Position numbers and translations under genes: made by a program
Part shown: positions 36,149 to 43,641 of the stretch, piece by piece
Position numbering within the stretch: the first letter of the stretch is position 1
How the letters are laid out: each line of letters opens with the position of its first letter
Origin: a virus
DNA: 64,000 nucleotides
Virus record (IMG/VR): IMGVR_UViG_3300025163_000003
Reading direction: 5' to 3' (one strand)
Notes under the pieces: model-generated
Told to the model about the DNA's origin: nothing
What the model saw: only the letters and a program-made list of their open reading frames with translations
Databases searched by the model: none

Positions 36149-36622
36149 TTACACCTTGTTTGCCTGGATTACTATTTCAAATGAGAACTCTACAAACTCA
36201 GTAGGATAACCTGTTTCCAGATACAATACTATCTCTCTAACTTCTTGTGGATTTATTACTGAACCATTGTAGTTCCAAGTCAGATTAAAGTAGGAAACAG
36301 CAATGTCTGGTTCCCAATTCTGTGACCACATCTCAAGAGTAACAGGACTATTTCCTTCATTTCTCAAGTAAATAGTGTAATTGTAAGTATAGCCTGCTAT
36401 CAAGTCAGTCCAGTTAATCAATGTCAGTTTGTTGATACATTCTGGTTCTGAGTAGCATTCAATTCCTAAAGTTATGATTCTACCTGTACTTTCAAGATGT
36501 TTTAGAACTGGTCTTAAAGTTAAAGCACCCAAGAGAAATGCAGCTAGACAGACAAAGAATATTGCTAAGATTTCTTTCCTCCTCAAAATCTCACCACCTG
36601 AAGAAATTGAATAATGTCCCAA
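36149..36622 (-). CDS. secreted/membrane-anchored protein with N-glycosylation sequons
   Basis: N-terminal TM ILAIFFVCLAAFLLGAL; sequons NWT, NYT, NLT, NGS. Confidence 0.4.
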   Translation of the reverse strand: MGHYSISSGGEILRRKEILAIFFVCLAAFLLGALTLRPVLKHLESTGRIITLGIECYSEPECINKLTLINWTDLIAGYTYNYTIYLRNEGNSPVTLEMWSQNWEPDIAVSYFNLTWNYNGSVINPQEVREIVLYLETGYPTEFVEFSFEIVIQANKV

Positions 36623-36891
36623 ATGAAGTCAATACCAAGAGCAATGACAGGAATCAGACGAAAGACAAGATCATATTTAGGTAGTCGTAAGCCAAGTTCT
36701 TCAAAGATGATCAAGCATACTAGAAGAGCTGCAAAATGACCAATTACATTTAGAGGAAAAGGAAGATGATACATTGCAATTGGATTAAGTTCAACTCCAA
36801 TTCCACTCTTAACTGCAAAGTCAGTTAGAAGGAAATTTACAGAGGCAAAGAAAGCAGGAAGAATTCTTGTCAACCACAAGAACTTTCTCAT
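36583..36891 (-). CDS. membrane protein
   Basis: Multiple hydrophobic helices. Confidence 0.35.
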   Translation of the reverse strand: MRKFLWLTRILPAFFASVNFLLTDFAVKSGIGVELNPIAMYHLPFPLNVIGHFAALLVCLIIFEELGLRLPKYDLVFRLIPVIALGIDFIWDIIQFLQVVRF

Positions 36892-36979
36892 TTGTACCTC
36901 TTCCTCCTCAATTTTCTCTTTCTTCTATTCCTACGTTGTCTCTTTTTCTTACTCTTTTTACTTCTATGTTTTCTGCTCA

Positions 36980-37204
36980 TTACCATGTTCTCCTTCTACG
37001 TTTCCATGGTTGACCAGGCAACTTCTTCTGGAGTATTCTCTTTTTATAAATGTTTCTTACACGTTGTTTGGGATTCTTCTTTTTCTTTCGGAGGAATACT
37101 TTCTTCTCACCTTTCTTGTTCTTACGTTCATGTTTGACTTGTGGTCTGTGACCAGGCATGTCTCTTACTTTACCAGCTTTAGCAAGACTACCATGTGTTG
37201 GCAT
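36980..37204 (-). CDS. rps30e: ribosomal protein eS30 (S30e) homolog
   Basis: MPTHGSLAKAGKVRDMPGHRPQV...KKRIL matches the conserved eS30 N-terminus (human FAU-derived S30 has HGSLARAGKVRGQTPKV...RRMQYNRRF). Extremely Lys/Arg-rich, 74 aa. Confidence 0.6.
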   Translation of the reverse strand: MPTHGSLAKAGKVRDMPGHRPQVKHERKNKKGEKKVFLRKKKKNPKQRVRNIYKKRILQKKLPGQPWKRRRRTW

Positions 37205-37205
37205 T

Positions 37206-37562
37206 TCACTTCCTCCTACTTGGTCTTATATCTCCATTCTCCTCTGCTTTCTTGTCTTCATACGGTGCTAATATTCTTCTGTAGAACTCCAATTTAACAC
37301 TTTCTAATACTTTCAGTGCATTTGATCTTCTTTCATAGTTGCCTCTTCCATAGACATCAACTAGTATTTTGTAGATGACATAAGTTACAACTCCTGAGTT
37401 TCTAGTACCTGAACTGGTCAAGTTTACTAGATTAAGAATAAGACCATCTAACCACTTTGCTAGATGTCTTCTTATTTCTCTTTTCACATATGGCATTGTT
37501 AATACTCTCACAAGACTTTGTCTATCAGGCCAAACTTCAATGCTTCTTCTGCTGACATCCAA
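37206..37562 (-). CDS. hypothetical basic protein
   Basis: 118 aa; no confident assignment. Confidence 0.3.
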   Translation of the reverse strand: MDVSRRSIEVWPDRQSLVRVLTMPYVKREIRRHLAKWLDGLILNLVNLTSSGTRNSGVVTYVIYKILVDVYGRGNYERRSNALKVLESVKLEFYRRILAPYEDKKAEENGDIRPSRRK

Positions 37563-38095
37563 TAGTCTTTCTTTCTTACTAATTTCTTTAAAGTTTTCAG
37601 CTTCTTTCCTGTTCTCTCTGCTAGAATTCTTAGAACCATCTCATTCAGTTTTGCTACTTCAGTTGACTGTTCCTGTAATTCTGTGCACTTTCCATATTCA
37701 AATGCTCCTACTTCATGGAGCATGAATCTAGACCACTTGTGAGCTATTCTCTCACTTCCTGCTTGTAGGATAATTGCTCCTGCTGATGCTGCTAATCCTC
37801 TCACTTCAATTGTTACTTTAGCACCTGAGAGAACAAGAGACCTGATAGAGTTGTACACTAGAAGAGCATGATAAACTTCTCCACCAACTGTGTTGAGAAT
37901 TATCTTGACATGTTTAGGTTTCTTCTCTTCCAGGATCAGACATTCTTTTGCTATTCTATTGCACAACTTCTCATCCAATTCTCCATGTATCACAATAATG
38001 TTCTTTTCAAGTAGATCTCTTTCTAATTCAACTGAAAAAACTGAAGTTGTTCTATCTTCCTCCTCCTGAAAATCCCAGTCAGTCATCCTTCTCAT
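37508..38095 (-). CDS. ClpP-family (S14) serine protease
   Basis: IILNTVGGEV, Ser in GLAASAGAIILQAG, His in MLHEVGAFEY. Confidence 0.8.
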   Translation of the reverse strand: MRRMTDWDFQEEEDRTTSVFSVELERDLLEKNIIVIHGELDEKLCNRIAKECLILEEKKPKHVKIILNTVGGEVYHALLVYNSIRSLVLSGAKVTIEVRGLAASAGAIILQAGSERIAHKWSRFMLHEVGAFEYGKCTELQEQSTEVAKLNEMVLRILAERTGKKLKTLKKLVRKKDYWMSAEEALKFGLIDKVL

Positions 38096-38636
38096 CTCCT
38101 TCTTTTAATTCTCTCTGGAGGAATCGTATAAAGGTTCTTTTAGAGGAGAAGATAATGTTAGAGTTACCAAACAACCATAGAGGAATACTTCCACCATCCT
38201 CTTTGTTCGTATAGATGACAATAACAGGTTTCCTGAGAATTCGATATGCAAAGAATATTTCCATGCTTGTTCCAACTGACAGTCGAGGAATGTAAGCTAG
38301 TAACATGTCACATTGAGCAATATCTTTCAAGTCATCAGTAATGACTTCTTCAGCTATCTCACGTTTCTCCTCCTCTTTCTCCAAATCTCTAAATGTCATG
38401 TGTTTACCTCTGAACTTTACCTGTTCTCTTTCCCATGGATCATGTATCTTGAACTTACTTGAGACTCTTGTCAGTTCTTCTTTCAAGATTTCTCTGTACT
38501 CTTGTTGCTCTTCTACAAAGGAAATAGGACCAGCTAAGTAGACATGAATTTCATCTTTTGTTCTCAACAACTTCCTTACTTGTTCTGAGTCTCTCTGTCT
38601 CCTCTTCCTAAGAATCCTTCTTAGAGGGATTTCCAA
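38079..38636 (-). CDS. nucleoside 2-deoxyribosyltransferase-like / deoxynucleotide N-hydrolase-like protein
   Basis: HVYLAGPISF N-terminal signature and LSVGTSMEIFFAYR (GT..E catalytic region). Confidence 0.5.
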   Translation of the reverse strand: MEIPLRRILRKRRQRDSEQVRKLLRTKDEIHVYLAGPISFVEEQQEYREILKEELTRVSSKFKIHDPWEREQVKFRGKHMTFRDLEKEEEKREIAEEVITDDLKDIAQCDMLLAYIPRLSVGTSMEIFFAYRILRKPVIVIYTNKEDGGSIPLWLFGNSNIIFSSKRTFIRFLQRELKEGDEKDD

Positions 38637-38973
38637 TTTCCTTCACCCACAAGTATTTGAAGGGATACCATACTTTACCAGACCAATGAGTGTAACCACA
38701 TAATGGACATTCTTCATCATGTTTCTCATCAGAACAGAACTCTGAATCTCTAAAAGGTTCAAATGGTAACTTTGTTATCTCCAACCAACACATCCAACAG
38801 ACACCTAAGTCAGGTGGATACTCTTGCCATTTTCTAGCTGCTCTTTTTCGTTTCTCTGGGTACTTGACATACTTCTCACGTTCTTTACAGATCTTTAGGA
38901 AATAGTAATAACTGTCTCTCCAACGTTTAGGTATCTTCTTTTTCTTCTCTTTCTTTAGAGATGGGTTTATCAA
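38608..38973 (-). CDS. Cys-rich hypothetical protein
   Basis: CWMCW...CSDEKHDEECPLCG. Confidence 0.3.
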   Translation of the reverse strand: MINPSLKKEKKKKIPKRWRDSYYYFLKICKEREKYVKYPEKRKRAARKWQEYPPDLGVCWMCWLEITKLPFEPFRDSEFCSDEKHDEECPLCGYTHWSGKVWYPFKYLWVKEIGNPSKKDS

Positions 38974-38974
38974 C

Positions 38975-39343
38975 TTATTTCACACTCGGGTTAGAAACTC
39001 GGAGTGACAGTATCTTCTTGAGGAGTTCAATTTCTTTCTTGAGGTTCTCTATCTGTGTCCTTTTAAGTTCTATCTTCTTCATTAGGTTCTTCTCATACTT
39101 TTCAGCTTCTCTCTCCAAGACTTCTTTGTTAGTTGTATAGGGACAAGTGAAAGAACAAGTTCTACAAATCAAATCATCTATAATTGTTTCATAGGTAATT
39201 GTTCTAACTCTTGTTAGAGTATTTACTCCACAGAATGGACATTTAATTTTTGTCTCCACTGGCAACAACCACCACAACAGACTTTCTTCGTTTTCTTGGT
39301 CTGACTGCCATGACTTGAACTTGTACGGTGTCTCCTTCTTCAA
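38975..39343 (-). CDS. Zn-ribbon + coiled-coil protein
   Basis: CPFCG...CRTCSFTC followed by IELKRTQIENLKKEIELLKK. Confidence 0.4.
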   Translation of the reverse strand: MKKETPYKFKSWQSDQENEESLLWWLLPVETKIKCPFCGVNTLTRVRTITYETIIDDLICRTCSFTCPYTTNKEVLEREAEKYEKNLMKKIELKRTQIENLKKEIELLKKILSLRVSNPSVK

Positions 39344-39662
39344 CTTCTATACCACCCAAGTTGGGAAATGTTTCTATTCTGTGCCATTTGTTCTTGACAT
39401 ATCTATAAATTGGTTTCCTATTCCAGACAATTCTGAATGGTCTATACTCCAACAGTCTTTCAATGTATTCTCGTGGTAAAGTAATCTTGGTAATAACAAT
39501 GTTCTTCTCATCTGGTAGTTTACGTTTCTCTTTAAAGTAAGCTCTTAAGATTTCTCTCAGAATATCCCTGTACTTTTTTTCAAGTTCAGTCAGTTCCCTC
39601 TCTAGATCCATTGACATACTCCTCCAGTTCTGACAACCTTGATGAAGGAGACAACTCTCCAA
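39243..39662 (-). CDS. hypothetical protein
   Basis: 139 aa. Confidence 0.3.
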   Translation of the reverse strand: MESCLLHQGCQNWRSMSMDLERELTELEKKYRDILREILRAYFKEKRKLPDEKNIVITKITLPREYIERLLEYRPFRIVWNRKPIYRYVKNKWHRIETFPNLGGIEVEEGDTVQVQVMAVRPRKRRKSVVVVVASGDKN

Positions 39663-39912
39663 ATAAATAGATTTTCAACACTCTAATTACTTCCTTGAAA
39701 TCTTTAACTTGAATTATTTTCGTTCTTCCATCACGATAAGCTTGAATGTATCTAACTTCAGCAGGAAAAGTTGTGTAATTAAGAGAAGAATCTAAACAAT
39801 GAAAGTTCAAGACATGACGAACTAAACCCCATGAAGTCTTGTAAGCATAAGAAGAATTACTTGGACAGAATGGACATTTTCTTGGTGGACTTAATCTAGC
39901 TTTCTGCAACAT
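39586..39912 (-). CDS. C2H2-like zinc-finger protein
   Basis: CPFCPSNSSYAYKTSWGLVRHVLNFHC. Confidence 0.4.
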   Translation of the reverse strand: MLQKARLSPPRKCPFCPSNSSYAYKTSWGLVRHVLNFHCLDSSLNYTTFPAEVRYIQAYRDGRTKIIQVKDFKEVIRVLKIYLFGELSPSSRLSELEEYVNGSREGTD

Positions 39913-39946
39913 AACTGTTCCTCCTTAAAGAGAAAGAAAAAAGAGG

Positions 39947-40864
39947 TTAAGGAGTTGGTTGAATCAATACAGGTACTCCATTTTCTCCTGTTGCAAGAAT
40001 TATCACTGGAACATCTAATTCTTTCAATGTCTGCAACCACAAATACAGCTCCAACAGTTCTGTTGAATTCATATCTGGATAAATGGACATTATCAGTTCC
40101 ATAGCTTCTTTAATACCCTCTGCTTCAATTATTTTTGCTTGTGCATATCCTTCTGCTTCTATTATCTTGGACTGTGCAGTGGCATTAGCTAATATCAACA
40201 TTCTTTCTTTCTCAAACTCTGCTTGTATTTTCTGTTGCTCTGCACATAACTTCTGTTCTATGGCATCTACATATGCTTGCGGTAGAGCAATATTTCTCAA
40301 GTCCACTTGCAAGTTGATCAGAGCATTTGCCAGTGAAGGTTCATTTTGTATAGCTGCAATAATTTCAGATTCTGCTTGATCAGCTATGACATCACGATAT
40401 AGTATAGTTTCTACAGCAGTGTATTGCTTAGTAATAAATCTCACTCGTTCTCTAACCAGTGATGCAATAGTCTTTTCTTTGTAGTCCAAGTGAGGGTAAT
40501 TGAGATAAAGATCTCTGATTTTCTCTATGTCCAATGACCATCTGACCATTATGTCAATTCTCATTTCCAACTGATCTTTAGAGAAACAAGCTACTGCAGG
40601 AAAGTCAGCAGTAGGATCGGAACCATCTCCCCACATTCCCAAAGTGTCTGTTGCAACATAAATTTTCACTACTGATACCCAAGGTGCTTTTGTACCCCAA
40701 GCAGGTCCTAAAATTGGACCAGAGACAGAACCTGACAATGGATTCACTAGGAGTGCAGCATAACCTGTTCCCACTGTGTAGAACATTGTTCCAAAGAAGA
40801 CTCCAAGAAATATTGCTGACAGTAGAATACCAATCAACAGAATAACTTTCTTTTCCATCCTCAA
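39947..40864 (-). CDS. SPFH/band-7 (stomatin/prohibitin/HflK-like) membrane protein
   Basis: N-terminal TM VILLIGILLSAIFLGVFFG. SPFH core with coiled-coil QKIQAEFEKERMLILANATAQSKIIEAEGYAQAKIIEAEGIKEA. Confidence 0.75.
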   Translation of the reverse strand: MRMEKKVILLIGILLSAIFLGVFFGTMFYTVGTGYAALLVNPLSGSVSGPILGPAWGTKAPWVSVVKIYVATDTLGMWGDGSDPTADFPAVACFSKDQLEMRIDIMVRWSLDIEKIRDLYLNYPHLDYKEKTIASLVRERVRFITKQYTAVETILYRDVIADQAESEIIAAIQNEPSLANALINLQVDLRNIALPQAYVDAIEQKLCAEQQKIQAEFEKERMLILANATAQSKIIEAEGYAQAKIIEAEGIKEAMELIMSIYPDMNSTELLELYLWLQTLKELDVPVIILATGENGVPVLIQPTP

Positions 40865-41484
40865 CTTTCACCTCCATTAGGAATTTCATATTCTTCCAAA
40901 CAGTCAAAGATTTCATACAGTCTCTTACAGTTCTCAGTTTTAGGATACTTTGACTTCTTCCTTCTTTTGTTAAGTTGGTTAACATCCTTCTCATTCAAGT
41001 GAATAACTTCCCAACCTAAATCTTCCAGTATTTTATTCTTACGTTCATCTGCACTTTCTCTATTCCACATCTTGTGCCATACAGAAGGTGACACTTCAAT
41101 AACTAATTTCTTTTCTGGTATCACAAAATCACACCAGTAATAGACTTTATTGTCATTTTCATTTATGAATGGTCCAATACGAGAATTGTGAAAGAAATCT
41201 AGACCTTCGAATAGTCCTCTGTTCTTTAGAAATCTTCTCACTTTCTCTTCTGAAGAAGTGTAATAAGTAGGACTTCTGTTTGGCTTACTTCCTACTTTGC
41301 TACAGAACTTTCTAAAGTTAGCTGATACAGCTGTTGAAGTCTTATACTGACACTTGCACTTGGAACATAACATTAGAGCAAATCCTTTTCTGTCATGCAT
41401 GTAGGGAGGATTATAAGTGCCACATTTGGGACAAGGATATTCTACTTCTACAGTTTTCACGTTTTTCTTCACTTTCATTGGCAC
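40861..41484 (-). CDS. Zn-ribbon + PD-(D/E)xK-fold nuclease-like protein
   Basis: CPKCG...CSKCKC N-terminus; C-terminal YYWCDFVIPEKKLVIEVSPSVWH (D...E.K). Confidence 0.45.
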   Translation of the reverse strand: MPMKVKKNVKTVEVEYPCPKCGTYNPPYMHDRKGFALMLCSKCKCQYKTSTAVSANFRKFCSKVGSKPNRSPTYYTSSEEKVRRFLKNRGLFEGLDFFHNSRIGPFINENDNKVYYWCDFVIPEKKLVIEVSPSVWHKMWNRESADERKNKILEDLGWEVIHLNEKDVNQLNKRRKKSKYPKTENCKRLYEIFDCLEEYEIPNGGES

Positions 41485-41882
41485 TGTTTCTTCACCTCAT
41501 CAAAACACAATTTCAAGAGAACTTCTGACTTTCCAATAGCTCCTTGTAATGGTATTTCTTTCTTGTATTCCAAGACAGGTTTCTCATCAGCTGGATTCAG
41601 AAACACTATCACTACTTTTCCCTTCAAACATGGTTTCTTTATCTTCAGAAGTAATTTCATTGAAAGAGAAGAAGTGTGATAATCCCAGTTGAGATAAGAG
41701 ATGTCAAGAGGAAGTTTCTTCCCATCTCCATATGCAAAAACTAGTAACTTGCATTTCTGAAGACGAGTAAAGACATGTTTTTGTAAAGACTTCAGTGATG
41801 GATTGTCAAGGTAATAAGGATCATGCAAAATAACTTCTGTCATTTCTTCACCAATAGGAGTAATAGAGTCTTTCCCACTCAT
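41475..41882 (-). CDS. hypothetical protein
   Basis: 135 aa. Confidence 0.3.
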   Translation of the reverse strand: MSGKDSITPIGEEMTEVILHDPYYLDNPSLKSLQKHVFTRLQKCKLLVFAYGDGKKLPLDISYLNWDYHTSSLSMKLLLKIKKPCLKGKVVIVFLNPADEKPVLEYKKEIPLQGAIGKSEVLLKLCFDEVKKQCQ

Positions 41883-43092
41883 TGACTACTGCATTTTTAC
41901 CACGAGTCAAGAAGTCCTTGATTTCTCTCTCTTTTAGTTCTATGTATTTGTCAAACATTTCACTACCAAGAGTCTCTTTCACAAGAGTATCAGATTTCAT
42001 TTCTGAAAGAGCTTCTAGTAATGACTTGGGAAGAGAAGGTAAGTTGTGTTCATAGGCATTACTTGAAAGTGGATCACCAGGATCAATTTTCTTTCTTACT
42101 CCCTCTAGACCAGCTTTCAACAGAACACTTAAGGCAAGATAAGGATTAGCAAGAGGATCAGATGCTCTATATTCAATTCTCATTCTCTCTTCCAAATTCT
42201 GTGAAGAATACAGAGGAACTCTTATCAGACAAGACCTATTCTTGAAACCCCAACTTATGTTGACAGGAGCTTCAGAATTCTTCTTTAGTCGTCTATAAGA
42301 ATTTACAGTTGGGCACATAATGGCTGACATTCCTCTAGCATGTTCCAATATACCACCAATGAAATATCTTCCAAATTGTGAGAGACCATTGTCATAGAAG
42401 AGATTTCCATTGTCAAACATTGAAATATGAAAGTGCATACCATTTCCTGGTAAGTGTGCCCATGGTTTTGGCATGAAGTTTACTTCTACTGTATGACTTT
42501 CTTTCAAGTATCTTCTCAAGAGAAATTTTATGAGAATAATGTTCTCAGAAGTGTTGATAGGAGAAGAATACTTAATACAGATTTCACTCTGGGAAGGACC
42601 AACTTCATGATTTCCATATTCCACATCTAATCCTGCTTTCTCTAAGACTTCCATAGCTTCCATTCTCAGACTTTCTGTTTCATCAGGAAAGATTTGACAG
42701 TATCTGTCAAGTAAATTCTCTGGCTCAAGAGGATTACCATTCTTAGTAAAGTAAAATTCTACTTCTGCTCCTACACGGATATTCTGATGAAATTCTTCTA
42801 AAGTTTTCTCTAAGACATACCTTGGATCAAGAGAGAATCTTTTGTCATCTTGATAGACTTCACAGAAGACTGTTGAGAATGGCTCACTCAAGTCACTGAA
42901 AAATATCTCTTTCTTAGTTCTTTCTATTGGCTTCAGAAGAAGATCAGAATTTTCTATTGTTGCAAAACCATCTACTGAAGAACCATCAAAACCAGTTCCC
43001 TCTTGTAGAACTACTTGATACTTGTCTTCAGGAATTGTTCTTACTCTTAATTTACCATTCAAGTCTAGGAAGAGAAGATAGACTATTTTCAT
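41848..43092 (-). CDS. glnA: glutamine synthetase family protein
   Basis: N-terminal beta-grasp signature GTGFDGSSVDGFATIENSDLLLKP. ATP-binding signature MPKPWAHLPGNGMHFHISMF. 414 aa. Confidence 0.85.
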   Translation of the reverse strand: MKIVYLLFLDLNGKLRVRTIPEDKYQVVLQEGTGFDGSSVDGFATIENSDLLLKPIERTKKEIFFSDLSEPFSTVFCEVYQDDKRFSLDPRYVLEKTLEEFHQNIRVGAEVEFYFTKNGNPLEPENLLDRYCQIFPDETESLRMEAMEVLEKAGLDVEYGNHEVGPSQSEICIKYSSPINTSENIILIKFLLRRYLKESHTVEVNFMPKPWAHLPGNGMHFHISMFDNGNLFYDNGLSQFGRYFIGGILEHARGMSAIMCPTVNSYRRLKKNSEAPVNISWGFKNRSCLIRVPLYSSQNLEERMRIEYRASDPLANPYLALSVLLKAGLEGVRKKIDPGDPLSSNAYEHNLPSLPKSLLEALSEMKSDTLVKETLGSEMFDKYIELKEREIKDFLTRGKNAVVNEWERLYYSYW

Positions 43093-43212
43093 TCTGTCTT
43101 CTCCTTTGCAAAGTGTTTCTTGAGTCTAGCTAACATGCAGATGGGGCATATTGGACTTAGAGGATGATCAACTTCTTCAATCTGAAAGATTTCACTTAGT
43201 TTTTCTCTCCAT

Positions 43213-43641
43213 TTACCCATTCAGTTCACCCTCCAATTCATCTAACAACTGAATAAAGAATTCAAGTTGTTCTCTCCATTCTCTGTTATCTAACCAAATA
43301 CAGTATCGTAAACGATCACAGTGAAGGCCATAAAGACTGAAACTTAGTTTTGGAGAAAACTTTCTGTCAAGTGGCTTCAAGATTCTATCAATAACTGTCT
43401 CAGGATCAAGAGAAGTTCTGAAGTCAATATGTGCTCTTCTACCTCCTTTCTCTGGATCTTCTCCATGACCACAGCAACTTTGAGTTGTCACTATAAATTT
43501 GTGTCTGTTTATTCTCTCAAGATAAGGAATCATTTCTTCATCTACATATCCCATTTGTATTTCTTCCTTCAGAGATTCTAATCTAAGTCTTCGTTCTTGT
43601 GGTGTCATCCTGTTTCCTTTGAACCTCTCCATCGAAAACAC
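43213..43641 (-). CDS. hypothetical protein
   Basis: 142 aa; QSCCGHGED motif; start region overlaps the topoisomerase 3' end. Confidence 0.3.
   Translation of the reverse strand: MFSMERFKGNRMTPQERRLRLESLKEEIQMGYVDEEMIPYLERINRHKFIVTTQSCCGHGEDPEKGGRRAHIDFRTSLDPETVIDRILKPLDRKFSPKLSFSLYGLHCDRLRYCIWLDNREWREQLEFFIQLLDELEGELNG

Noticed and set aside
37206-37562. Possible third ribosomal protein (eS19- or eL31-like) next to the eS30 homolog
   Set aside because: Only vague local resemblance (YGRGNYERRSNALKVLE). No convincing family signature. Kept as hypothetical.
40605-40994. 129-aa minus-strand ORF overlapping the SPFH gene and the downstream nuclease-like gene
   Set aside because: It overlaps two better-supported genes out of frame. 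The translation is Cys/Ser/Leu-rich low complexity.
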